In this document: positions 21,037-29,333 of the stretch, piece by piece
How the letters are laid out: each line of letters starts with the position of its first letter
How positions within the stretch are numbered: position 1 is the first letter of the stretch
From: an uncultured candidate division Zixibacteria bacterium
Lineage (GTDB): Bacteria > Zixibacteria > MSB-5A5 > UBA10806
Length of the DNA: 34,854 nt
Assembly (NCBI GenBank): GCA_963817915.1
Contig: CAWFQL010000021.1
Coordinates: 1-34,854 of the forward strand
Reading direction: 5' to 3'
The notes under the pieces: model-generated
Seen by the model: the letters and a program-made list of their open reading frames with translations, nothing else
The model's database searches: none
What the model was told of the DNA's origin: nothing
Made by a program: the position numbers and the translations under genes

Positions 21037-21100
21037 TTTTCCTGCGAGTCACGGCTTGCCGTGACCGCATCTTGGCAGTATTCGCAATCAGGGACTATTC
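21037..21100 (+). repeat. Direct repeat copy 2 of the element at 17659
   Basis: Aligns with 17659-17722; hairpin GTCACGGC-tt-GCCGTGAC. Confidence 0.85.
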
Positions 21101-21103
21101 GCA

Positions 21104-21131
21104 GTGGTGGCAGGTCTCCGCACCTGCCACC
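21104..21131 (+). repeat. REP hairpin downstream of the RAYT gene, inverted relative to the upstream one
   Basis: GTG-GTGGCAGGT-CTCCGC-ACCTGCCAC. Same head and loop as the minus-strand hairpin at 21653-21679. Confidence 0.85.
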
Positions 21132-21172
21132 AATAGATTAGTTATAGTACATTACAGTCACCAGCGGTTCAA

Positions 21173-21637
21173 TCAAGACCGAGAGGATCTACCCTTCTTG
21201 ATAATAGGCTGCGCTGGAATAGGGCCAGTCGTGGCTTTTTCAACAAATCTTGCCTTGATCGGATTATAATGAATATAATTCAATTTCGTTGAATACAATT
21301 TCAGTGAATATATTTTTACGTCATCAAAACGTTCTTGCCATAATTTACAAATCTTCTTATTGTGAAGTTGCCAGTATTCGGACGCTACTCTCTTCTTGAA
21401 ATCCCTCATGAAATCGCTAACGTCTTTGTTATCGGGGATTGTCATTAATAGGTGAATATGATTTGGCATAACAACAAAACCATGCAATTGAATTGAATCT
21501 CTGTTTCGGTAATATTCCAATTTGCTTAATACTATATTATATTCGTCTGCCGAATTAAATCTATATATTCTCTTGTCTGTGGAGGATGTTATAAAGAATG
21601 TGCCGGATTTATTTAGGGATCTATGTCTTAAAGGCAT
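21173..21637 (-). mobile_element. REP-associated tyrosine transposase (RAYT, Y1 HUH family); apparent indel near 21232
   Basis: TFFITSST, LHGFVVMPNHIHLL (HUH), LWQERFDD, YIHYNP (catalytic Tyr). The expected WPYSSAAYY tail lies in an adjacent frame. Confidence 0.9.
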
Positions 21638-21644
21638 TATTCGA

Positions 21645-23204
21645 TCAGCTTATCGTCGGGTGCGGAGACCCGACGACACGGGAAATAGCCTTAATATACG
21701 GATTGATGTCATACTTAACAGCATCGTACATACCAGGCCGCGGAAGGCCAGCATCGTCAACTATCCCTCTGGGACCATGTCCTGCGGATTCATACTTCCA
21801 AATTAGGATGCTTTTTGGTTGATAGCACAGACCCATAAAAGCAAAGCACCTCATCTCGGCGCGCGTTGGTTTGCGGCGAGGCTCTTCCGAGCATGTATCC
21901 TCCGGCACGGGATCGTTCGGGTAGCAGTACCAAAATTGAGGCGTATAAACCCATGATATTGAAGTATCAGATGCAATGGCCGCCCTGATGGAATCGCAGG
22001 GCTCAGCTATATACGCATTGAGCGCCTTCTGAAAAATATCCCAATTCCCGGCATCATATCCGGTATAACTGGCGTTCAACCATAAGGGATAAAGATAAAC
22101 CCAAAGCGTCTTAGGATTGCTTATCTTCAAAAACTCCCGGAAGCCATCGGCCCAATGGCCGTACTGTAAGGTCGGGGAATAAGAGTTAAGCCAGGTGTTC
22201 GCCTCGACCGGGTGCGTCCAGACTGCGGTAGTGTCTTTGACCAACTTATTGATATAAGCGAACGGCCGGAAATTGCCCGCCGCCTGCGTGTCCTTCAGAA
22301 ACCAGCCGCGAATCTTGTTCGCATAGCCCTGACGGCCAGTGGCGCGCTTAATATCAACATCATAAAAACTGCTGTCAATCAACCGGGCCCCATACTGGTC
22401 GCAAATCTTGATATAATCTACATAAACCGTGCATGCCCCGGCAACCTGAAATTGGAAACGGACTGTGCCTCCTGAATTATCATACAGGATATTTCTTTCA
22501 GTAAAAAACAAGCTATCAAACGTATTCGAGGCCTGCCAATCGTTTCGCAATTGCAAATGGGCCGGTTGAAAGACGGAGCCGCCCCGGGGCAGGTCCCTGA
22601 CATATAACGTATCCACAAACCGAACAGAATCGGAGGCGTAATCAAGATTAATCGCTCTAAAGATACCGACGATGGCGTTGGTATCGGTGACTCCGGGGCT
22701 TATGGCCATACTCAGGTATGGGGAATACTGCAATTGTCCAAACCAGTCCCATTTATTGGGAAGGCCGAGCTTGAGATTGGAGAGCATCAGGCCTGAGCCG
22801 GAGTAGGCGAAATAGGCGGTGTCGTTGCGGCTCACCTGCCAGCCCTCGGCGGCGTTTGTGAACTTGGTAACATAGTACTGGCCGCTGTCCGGCTCCGGAT
22901 CGGTCAGGTAATAAGTAGTGCGGGCATATTGCACCTGAGGATCGCCATCGCCGTCCGTAGTTGCCCAGGGATAAGGAAAAAGACTGTCCGCATAAAAATC
23001 ATTGATCGTATTCGAGCTGAACCCCCCCGACATATATTGATTGAATCCCAGTTCCTGACGCATCGAATCCCGGCGAGCCGAAGTATAAAAATCGTCATTG
23101 GCCCAGATCGAGGAATAAGTCCCGAAGGGCATCACATGCTCAGGCACAAGCTGTGAATAACAAACAACAGGCAAAAGCAAAACTAATAAAACTATCCATT
23201 TCAT
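21645..23204 (-). CDS. Secreted protein of unknown function, apparently C-terminally truncated by the REP/RAYT segment at about 21686
   Basis: RBS AGGAGG and signal peptide. Paralog of 25291..26508 (GFNQ..SG, ACT.YVDY...DQYG, GW.LKDT...N.RP.A.I, WVY.YP). The last residues ISRVVGSPHPTIS are read from REP A. Confidence 0.75.
   Translation of the reverse strand: MKWIVLLVLLLPVVCYSQLVPEHVMPFGTYSSIWANDDFYTSARRDSMRQELGFNQYMSGGFSSNTINDFYADSLFPYPWATTDGDGDPQVQYARTTYYLTDPEPDSGQYYVTKFTNAAEGWQVSRNDTAYFAYSGSGLMLSNLKLGLPNKWDWFGQLQYSPYLSMAISPGVTDTNAIVGIFRAINLDYASDSVRFVDTLYVRDLPRGGSVFQPAHLQLRNDWQASNTFDSLFFTERNILYDNSGGTVRFQFQVAGACTVYVDYIKICDQYGARLIDSSFYDVDIKRATGRQGYANKIRGWFLKDTQAAGNFRPFAYINKLVKDTTAVWTHPVEANTWLNSYSPTLQYGHWADGFREFLKISNPKTLWVYLYPLWLNASYTGYDAGNWDIFQKALNAYIAEPCDSIRAAIASDTSISWVYTPQFWYCYPNDPVPEDTCSEEPRRKPTRAEMRCFAFMGLCYQPKSILIWKYESAGHGPRGIVDDAGLPRPGMYDAVKYDINPYIKAISRVVGSPHPTIS
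21653..21686 (-). repeat. REP hairpin A (copy 1), 15 nt upstream of the RAYT start
   Basis: Minus strand ATTTCCC-GTG-TCGTCGGGT-CTCCGC-ACCCGACGA. Confidence 0.9.
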
Positions 23205-23220
23205 CTCATCCTCCTTGATA

Positions 23221-24936
23221 TTACCGCATTAAGATAATTTTCTTAGGCGTCGACGAAGAATCAATGCCCCATTGTGTTATCTTCGCAAAGTACATCCCCG
23301 ACGACAAATCGGAGCCGGCGTCATCTTTACCGTTCCAAATTACTCTATGGACGCCAACATCCTTTCTCTCTCTCTGAAGTGTTCTAACTTTGCGGCCCAT
23401 GATATCGTAAATCGTTATCTCGATCTCAGCCGGTATAGGCCCTAAGTTGGCAACGGAGTAAACCAGAGTAGTCGCGGAGTTAAAGGGATTGGGATAGTTG
23501 CTCGAAATCACGGATACCCTCGGAAGCGGCGTTCCCGCTTCATCCCAGACGTCGGTTAAGTCCATTCTGAGTTCGGGAGAGTATTCCGACTGATTCCCCT
23601 GGTTATCTATGGCGGCTATCCGGTAGTAGTAAGTCCGGCCAATGATGATATTAGCATCGGCATAAAAAGAAGTTTCGGGCTCGGCAATAAGATTGGCCGG
23701 GCTGGGAATAAAGCCTGCCAATGTATCACGATGCAGAAGATAACAGTTGAAATCGGCCTCGGTGTTCATTCTCCATGAAAGGAAGATGGTATCAGAGACA
23801 CCGCTCCCTGAAATGCTGTCGGGCGGCTCAGGCGGGAGATCGAGATATTCATAGAAAGCGCCATTAGTGCCGCCGTAGGCTCCGATATCGGAGCGGCTGC
23901 CGTCGTAGTCGAGTATATTTGGGTCTCCGGCGTCAATCAAAGGTGAAAAAGCCTGAAGGCGGAAGTCGCCGGAATCGGCAGAAATATACATGGGATCACT
24001 ATCTAAATTGCCGATCGTATCCCCGGTACTATCATAAAAATTGGCGTAGTTTTCCCAGAAGTGATTATATTGAACATACTCAGGTCCTTCAATTTCTAAT
24101 CCCATTCCATAACGACAGCCCATGACAGAGTTGTTGATAGCGCTTTGTCCAGTCCAGACCAAAATTCCGAATGTCCAGCTTCCATTATATCTGTTCTTAA
24201 TGACGTTGTTTTGTAGAATATTGGCTGTTGATGATATGCCGGTAGCCGGTGATATTATTATATTGTTCCTTATGACCCGCCTGTCGCTTGTGGTTGAACC
24301 CCCAATGCCAGGGCCGGAACCTTGCATAAAAATGATGTTTCTTTCCACAACCGCCGAATCGGAGATGAATTCTATACCACCCAAGCCATACATGTTTCTA
24401 AAAAGATTATTCGCGATATAGATATCGGAGTAGGAGAGGTAGATATGAATACCGGTATCAAGGGTATCAAATATACAATTCGTTATTTCAGTATGACCGC
24501 CCGTAGCGTCTATACCGAATGCGCTTCGACGAAAACGGCAATCTCGTATGGTCACCCCGGCATATGGCATCCCAAAAAGAGCGTGGTAGCCACCCAGATG
24601 CCTGAAGGTGATGCCTTCAACGAAGCAGCCGTAATCTATGGTCAATACCGGCGTATGAAGCGAGTCCCCATACCAGAAAGTGGAGTCCATCCCCATGCCG
24701 ATGATGGCTATTGAGTCATCTTCGCCCGTCTGGACCGTTTCCAGCCAGTCCCCCGAGCTTATAAAGACCGTATCATGCTGGGTTGTGGCGTTTATCGCCT
24801 TTTGTATACTATCCGCGGCTGTTTCCCAGTTGGTATAAGGGAAAGTATTAGACCCCGTATGGCTGGCGTAGTGGTAGTCCGCCAGCGCGGGGAGGGAGAG
24901 GGCTATTGTGATTAAGATTATATAGATTTTTCTCAT
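23221..24936 (-). CDS. Secreted right-handed beta-helix protein with FN3-like and T9SS-type-A/FlgD-Ig C-terminal domains (paralog 1)
   Basis: MRKIYIILITIALSLPALA|DYHYASHTGSNTFPY.WETAADSIQKAINA; N/I-rich beta-helix repeats; LQAFSPLIDAGDP..LD.DGSRSDIGAYGG; YYYRIAAIDNQGNQS; SNYPNPFNS. Confidence 0.88.
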   Translation of the reverse strand: MRKIYIILITIALSLPALADYHYASHTGSNTFPYTNWETAADSIQKAINATTQHDTVFISSGDWLETVQTGEDDSIAIIGMGMDSTFWYGDSLHTPVLTIDYGCFVEGITFRHLGGYHALFGMPYAGVTIRDCRFRRSAFGIDATGGHTEITNCIFDTLDTGIHIYLSYSDIYIANNLFRNMYGLGGIEFISDSAVVERNIIFMQGSGPGIGGSTTSDRRVIRNNIIISPATGISSTANILQNNVIKNRYNGSWTFGILVWTGQSAINNSVMGCRYGMGLEIEGPEYVQYNHFWENYANFYDSTGDTIGNLDSDPMYISADSGDFRLQAFSPLIDAGDPNILDYDGSRSDIGAYGGTNGAFYEYLDLPPEPPDSISGSGVSDTIFLSWRMNTEADFNCYLLHRDTLAGFIPSPANLIAEPETSFYADANIIIGRTYYYRIAAIDNQGNQSEYSPELRMDLTDVWDEAGTPLPRVSVISSNYPNPFNSATTLVYSVANLGPIPAEIEITIYDIMGRKVRTLQRERKDVGVHRVIWNGKDDAGSDLSSGMYFAKITQWGIDSSSTPKKIILMR

Positions 24937-24973
24937 ACACACCTGCCTGAAACAAGTCACTAATTATACCTAT

Positions 24974-25002
24974 AAAATAATGCTCGTGGATGATTTTGTC
25001 AA
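24974..25002 (-). promoter_or_regulatory. Sigma70-type promoter of the left module
   Basis: Minus strand TTGACA-N17-TATTTT, the same pattern as the groESL promoter. Confidence 0.7.
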
Positions 25003-25028
25003 GAAATATTTTAAAAAGCAGCGGCTAA

Positions 25029-25061
25029 TCGTCGGGTACGGCGACCCGACGACACACAACA
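25029..25061 (-). repeat. REP hairpin B (copy 1)
   Basis: Minus strand TGTTGT-GTG-TCGTCGGGT-CGCCGT-ACCCGACGA; identical copy at 28347-28379. Confidence 0.9.
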
Positions 25062-25291
25062 ATGAAATCGCTAACGTCTTTGTTATCGGGGATTGTCATT
25101 AATAGGTGAATATGATTTGGCATAACAACAAAACCATGCAATTGAATTGAATCTCTGTTTCGGTAATATTCCAATTTGCTTAATACTATATTATATTCGT
25201 CTGCCGAATTAAATCTATATATTCTCTTGTCTGTGGAGGATGTTATAAAGAATGTGCCGGATTTATTTAGGGATCTATGTCTTAAAGGCAT
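25062..25291 (-). pseudogene. 5' fragment of the RAYT gene; keeps the HUH motif but lacks the catalytic Tyr region
   Basis: 25062-25340 matches 21408-21686 base for base by eye (279 bp). The ORF runs into REP B after ...VSDF. Confidence 0.9.
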
Positions 25292-26508
25292 TATTCGATC
25301 AGCTTATCGTCGGGTGCGGAGACCCGACGACACGGGAAATCGAAGGGATAGATATAAACCCACGGCTCCTTTGTCCTGCTCTGATACATGTACTCCCTGA
25401 AATATACGGGCGGCCCGGAAAACCAGGCATGCCCCTTTACTGGATGCTGGTTCCAGCCATGCTCCACCATCGACACCTGTATCAGGCTGTCAATAAAAGC
25501 CTGAGGGCGATAATTCTGTGGGAACGGCGTGTCCTTCAATTGCCAGCCCAGTAGCCTCCCTTCCCAGGCGTTCACGCCCGCGCTGTCCTTGATGGCACTT
25601 GCTACGCTTTCAAGTTTAAATTCACTCATTAAATCCCGCCCATATTGATCAAATAGTTCCAGATAATCGACGTACAACGTGCAGGCATCTAATGAATAAA
25701 CTCCGATCACCACATCTCGCGTCGATGCAACGCCGTAATTTTCGACAATAAATGCACTATCCCCTGAGACATCATGAAGGAACATTATGGTATCTTGGAG
25801 GACATACGGTACTTCTGCGGCCTTCAAGGTATCGAGGAATATTCTATCCCAACAACAATCAAATATTCTTAAATTACAACAGGCGGTATCCGGATTTATC
25901 CTTCTCCGCAGAATATAGACAAACGCCAAAGGTGTCGATGGTGCAAGTGTATCCGATGAGAGGTTCCTCCCTATCTTTAATCGCGGATAATATGCCAATT
26001 GAGTCCCATCCCAGAAATGCTTATTGGGCAAACTCAGCGTCCAGTTCAAAATCATGGTGTCAAGCGTGACGCAATGTTCGCTTTCAAGGCAGGGGTATCT
26101 CCAGTATTCGGGATAATCCGGATTAATATCGCCGAAGCCCTGGCACCGGTAACAATCATTAATGGCTCCTTTTTCCGGATGGCAAATATAATAAGTCGAT
26201 AGCGAATATTTCTGGGCCGGCTGTATATGCCAGGTATTCCCTTCATCCGTCGTGTATCCTCCGGTATTCACGTATATGTGATGTGTGTCGGCCCACCGGA
26301 TCGCACTTGGCAGATCGAATCCCGAGACCCATTGGTTGAACCCGAATATATTGTGGAGCGTATCCAATACCCCGTCTCTGAAGTACGAGGCTGAAGTGCC
26401 ATTCTCCGAGGAATAAGAACCCCAAGGCAATTCGTCTGACGGTATTATTGACTGCCCAAAACAAATAACCGGAATCAAGACCAACATCAATATTATTCTA
26501 TTCGACAT
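25291..26508 (-). CDS. Secreted protein of unknown function, truncated by the REP/RAYT segment at about 25340
   Basis: RBS GGAGG and signal peptide. Paralog of 21645..23204 but stops just after WVYIYPFD. The tail FPCRRVSAPDDKLIE is read from REP A. Confidence 0.75.
   Translation of the reverse strand: MSNRIILMLVLIPVICFGQSIIPSDELPWGSYSSENGTSASYFRDGVLDTLHNIFGFNQWVSGFDLPSAIRWADTHHIYVNTGGYTTDEGNTWHIQPAQKYSLSTYYICHPEKGAINDCYRCQGFGDINPDYPEYWRYPCLESEHCVTLDTMILNWTLSLPNKHFWDGTQLAYYPRLKIGRNLSSDTLAPSTPLAFVYILRRRINPDTACCNLRIFDCCWDRIFLDTLKAAEVPYVLQDTIMFLHDVSGDSAFIVENYGVASTRDVVIGVYSLDACTLYVDYLELFDQYGRDLMSEFKLESVASAIKDSAGVNAWEGRLLGWQLKDTPFPQNYRPQAFIDSLIQVSMVEHGWNQHPVKGHAWFSGPPVYFREYMYQSRTKEPWVYIYPFDFPCRRVSAPDDKLIE
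25307..25340 (-). repeat. REP hairpin A (copy 2)
   Basis: Identical to 21653-21686. Confidence 0.9.
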
Positions 26509-26517
26509 TACCGCCTC

Positions 26518-28254
26518 CTATCTCATTAAAACTATCTTTCTACTTTTGGCCAGAGCCTCGACGCCCCATTGCGTGATACTGGCAAAATATACTCCCGACG
26601 GACAGTCATGGCCGGAATCATCCCGGCCGTCCCAGATAATCCTGTAAATGCCGATTTCTTTCCTCTCATTTATAAGAGTCTTAACTCGCCGCCCCAAGAT
26701 GTCATAAATATCGATATTGATCTGGGCCGGTATCGGCCCTAAGTTGGCTACACTGTAAATTATAGTCGTGCTGCTGTTGAAAGGGTTGGGATAATTACTC
26801 TCGATGGCTGTCATCCTCGGAGTCTCGGCACCGAAATTATCCCCGATTCCCACAAGGGTAAGATTAAGCTCCTCCGAATATGCCGAAACGTTTCCCTGGT
26901 TATCTAGCGCAGATATCCGATAATAGCAATTCCTCGAAGGCGGCAGGCTGGCATCCGCGTATAATGACGATTCGGCATCGGCAATCATATTGAATTCCGA
27001 TGGTTCAAAAACAGATATCGTGTCGCGATAAATATGATAAAGGGCGAAGTCGGCCTCGGTATTCATGTGCCACACAATAAACGCCGTATCGGCAATGATC
27101 AGGCCGGACAGGCTATCGGGGATATGCGGCGGAAGATCGCGATACTCATAGGATGAGCCATGAGGCCCCCCATAAGCCCCGATGTCGGACCTTGAACCAT
27201 CAACATCTAAGACATTCGGGTCCCCGGCATTTATCAAAGGAGAGTAGGCCTGGAGACGGAAGTCAAGAGAATCCGGATCGGCATACATCGGGTCGACGAA
27301 GATATTGCCTATAGAATCATAATCTTCGCTCCAGGAAACGACGTCGAAGTCATTCCTCCAGAAATCATTATAATTTGCCGTCAAGCCTGGAAGACCGTCG
27401 GAAATCACCAGCCCCCAATTCCAATTAACAACAATATTATTGTAAATAGTGTCCCGCAATTGAGCCGCTAGCCCGAAAGCTATGGACGGCAATTTCCTGC
27501 CTAATATGACGGTATTATTATTCCTTACGCTTGGACAGTTGCGCCCACCGGCTATAATTCCGTCGGCTCTTGGCCCTGCCACCACTACATTGTTATAGAC
27601 GCCGCTGTAAAATACGCCGCTTGCATAAATATTATGGAGATTGCCTAAGCCTGTGACAATATTGTTGTTGACGACCACATAGTTCGCTGTCATGTCGATT
27701 CCATAAAAATCCCAAAACTTCCTGATAAAATTATTGGAAATGAATATCGTGTCCGCATAGCCACTAATTCCTCTACCGCAAGAATCGAAAACACAATGGT
27801 TTATAGAAGAAGTTTGGCCACCATTAAAAAATACTGCTTCTCTGCATTTGTTGAAACTACAGTTCGAAATACTGCCGACATTTATATATATGCCGCAATC
27901 TCTCGGCATATCCCTAAAAGTGATATTTTCAACTGAATACCCGCGGCCCAACCTGAATATATACCAGTCAGCCTGAATCGAGTCCCAGTGGCAGAAGGTG
28001 CTGTCAGTCCCCATCCCGATTATGCGCAGGTTAGTGGCTGCCACGGCGGTTACGCATTCAAACCAATGGCCGCTGCCGATGTAGGCTGTATCGCCCGGGG
28101 TGGTGGCGTTTATCGCTTTTTGTATGCTGTCCGCGGCCGTCTCCCAAGTAGTATAGGGGAAGGTATTAGACCCCGTATGGCTGGCGTAGTGGTAGTCCGC
28201 CAGAGCGGGGAGGGAGAGGGCTAATGTGATTAAGATTATATAGATTTTTCTCAT
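26518..28254 (-). CDS. Secreted beta-helix/FN3/T9SS-type CTD protein (paralog 2)
   Basis: Same leader and C-terminal motifs as paralog 1 (DPMY..D...RLQAYSPLINAGDP, SNYPNPFNS, YSVANLGPIPA); the central beta-helix is divergent. Confidence 0.88.
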   Translation of the reverse strand: MRKIYIILITLALSLPALADYHYASHTGSNTFPYTTWETAADSIQKAINATTPGDTAYIGSGHWFECVTAVAATNLRIIGMGTDSTFCHWDSIQADWYIFRLGRGYSVENITFRDMPRDCGIYINVGSISNCSFNKCREAVFFNGGQTSSINHCVFDSCGRGISGYADTIFISNNFIRKFWDFYGIDMTANYVVVNNNIVTGLGNLHNIYASGVFYSGVYNNVVVAGPRADGIIAGGRNCPSVRNNNTVILGRKLPSIAFGLAAQLRDTIYNNIVVNWNWGLVISDGLPGLTANYNDFWRNDFDVVSWSEDYDSIGNIFVDPMYADPDSLDFRLQAYSPLINAGDPNVLDVDGSRSDIGAYGGPHGSSYEYRDLPPHIPDSLSGLIIADTAFIVWHMNTEADFALYHIYRDTISVFEPSEFNMIADAESSLYADASLPPSRNCYYRISALDNQGNVSAYSEELNLTLVGIGDNFGAETPRMTAIESNYPNPFNSSTTIIYSVANLGPIPAQINIDIYDILGRRVKTLINERKEIGIYRIIWDGRDDSGHDCPSGVYFASITQWGVEALAKSRKIVLMR

Positions 28255-28291
28255 GCACACCTGCCTGAAATAAGTCACTAATTATACCTAT

Positions 28292-28320
28292 AAAATAATG
28301 CTCGTAGAGGATTTTGTCAA
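28292..28320 (-). promoter_or_regulatory. Sigma70-type promoter of the right module
   Basis: Minus strand TTGACA-N17-TATTTT; two spacer differences from the copy at 24974. Confidence 0.7.
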
Positions 28321-28346
28321 GAAATATTTTAAAAAGCAGCGGCTAA

Positions 28347-28379
28347 TCGTCGGGTACGGCGACCCGACGACACACAACA
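28347..28379 (-). repeat. REP hairpin B (copy 2)
   Basis: Identical to 25029-25061. Confidence 0.9.
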
Positions 28380-28384
28380 GACTT

Positions 28385-28415
28385 AAAAAATGCCCCGCTG
28401 ATAACAGCGGGGCAT
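28385..28415 (-). terminator. Intrinsic terminator of the 207-aa gene
   Basis: TGCCCCGCTG-ataa-CAGCGGGGCA stem, followed on the minus strand by a T run. Confidence 0.85.
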
Positions 28416-28441
28416 ACTATCGTAGCTATGATTTTTTATTG

Positions 28442-29065
28442 TTACTTGTGCTCTGTGCTCTTAATCATCATCAAGACATTCTGCAGCGAATTGGTAACAT
28501 TAGAGAGTACTTTGCTGTATCGTTTGAGCAGCTCCGAATACTGCCAGCGCATCGAAAGCGCCTTCTCCGGGAAACCAAACAGGTCGAGCAATGTCTTCTT
28601 GTAGATTTCATCAATATACTGTAACACATAGAACGGATACTCGGGGATATTCTGGTCGGCTACCTGACCCTTGGAAATTCTGTCGCGATATATCTCGATC
28701 TTTTCCAATATAACAGTCCCGAAACACCAGGGAGTCATTATCGATGATAAATTCTTGGAGTCTGAATAATATAAGTATAAATGTTTTAATGTCTGCTCTA
28801 TTATAATCTTCTTGGCGCGATAGAATGCCAGGCTCTCTTCGAATTCGTTTGATGTCGATTTGATCTTTTCATCGAGATCCTTGATCTGACGAATACATTT
28901 GATCTCGGTATTCTCAAGAAAACGGTAATAGGTATCGAAGTAGACCTTTATATTTTCACTGGAGGTGTAGATGTACCAGCCAGACTTGTCCTGGCCAACC
29001 TTGGGGTTATTAACAAATTTTAAAGTCTTTTCTGAAAATCCTCTCTCTAAACCATTAGATGTCAT
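28442..29065 (-). CDS. Hypothetical cytoplasmic helical protein (207 aa)
   Basis: Intact ORF with RBS GGGGGA, its own promoter candidate and terminator. No family recognised. Confidence 0.75.
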   Translation of the reverse strand: MTSNGLERGFSEKTLKFVNNPKVGQDKSGWYIYTSSENIKVYFDTYYRFLENTEIKCIRQIKDLDEKIKSTSNEFEESLAFYRAKKIIIEQTLKHLYLYYSDSKNLSSIMTPWCFGTVILEKIEIYRDRISKGQVADQNIPEYPFYVLQYIDEIYKKTLLDLFGFPEKALSMRWQYSELLKRYSKVLSNVTNSLQNVLMMIKSTEHK

Positions 29066-29107
29066 TATCCCCCCGGGTTTGGGTTACTTGTTTCACTTCT
29101 AATTAAC

Positions 29108-29123
29108 AGCAAACCCCATGCCC
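29108..29123 (-). promoter_or_regulatory. Sigma54 (-24/-12) promoter candidate
   Basis: Minus strand GGGCATG-GGGT-TTGCT (GG-N10-GC), 42 nt upstream of the ATG at 29065. Confidence 0.6.
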
Positions 29124-29333
29124 TCAATTCCGCTAATTCTTCCGAGGGTTCCCGACATCATCCGTAACCGATTATCTTCGAAAAGCTTAACCCTCGTCTT
29201 GGGAGGCTCTCTATTGGCCCGTTCCAATATAATGCCCACCCCCTATTATAGCAAGCTAAAACTGCATTGATATGAAGACGATTGCCTATTAACTGCAGTA
29301 AATGGATAGAAAATAAGCCGCTTGAAAATTGAG

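Noticed and set aside
21653..28379. Repeated hairpins as a CRISPR array or integron attC sites
   Set aside because: Spacing is hundreds to thousands of bp and irregular, there are no cas or tyrosine-recombinase genes, and there are no RYYYAAC/GTTRRRY ends.
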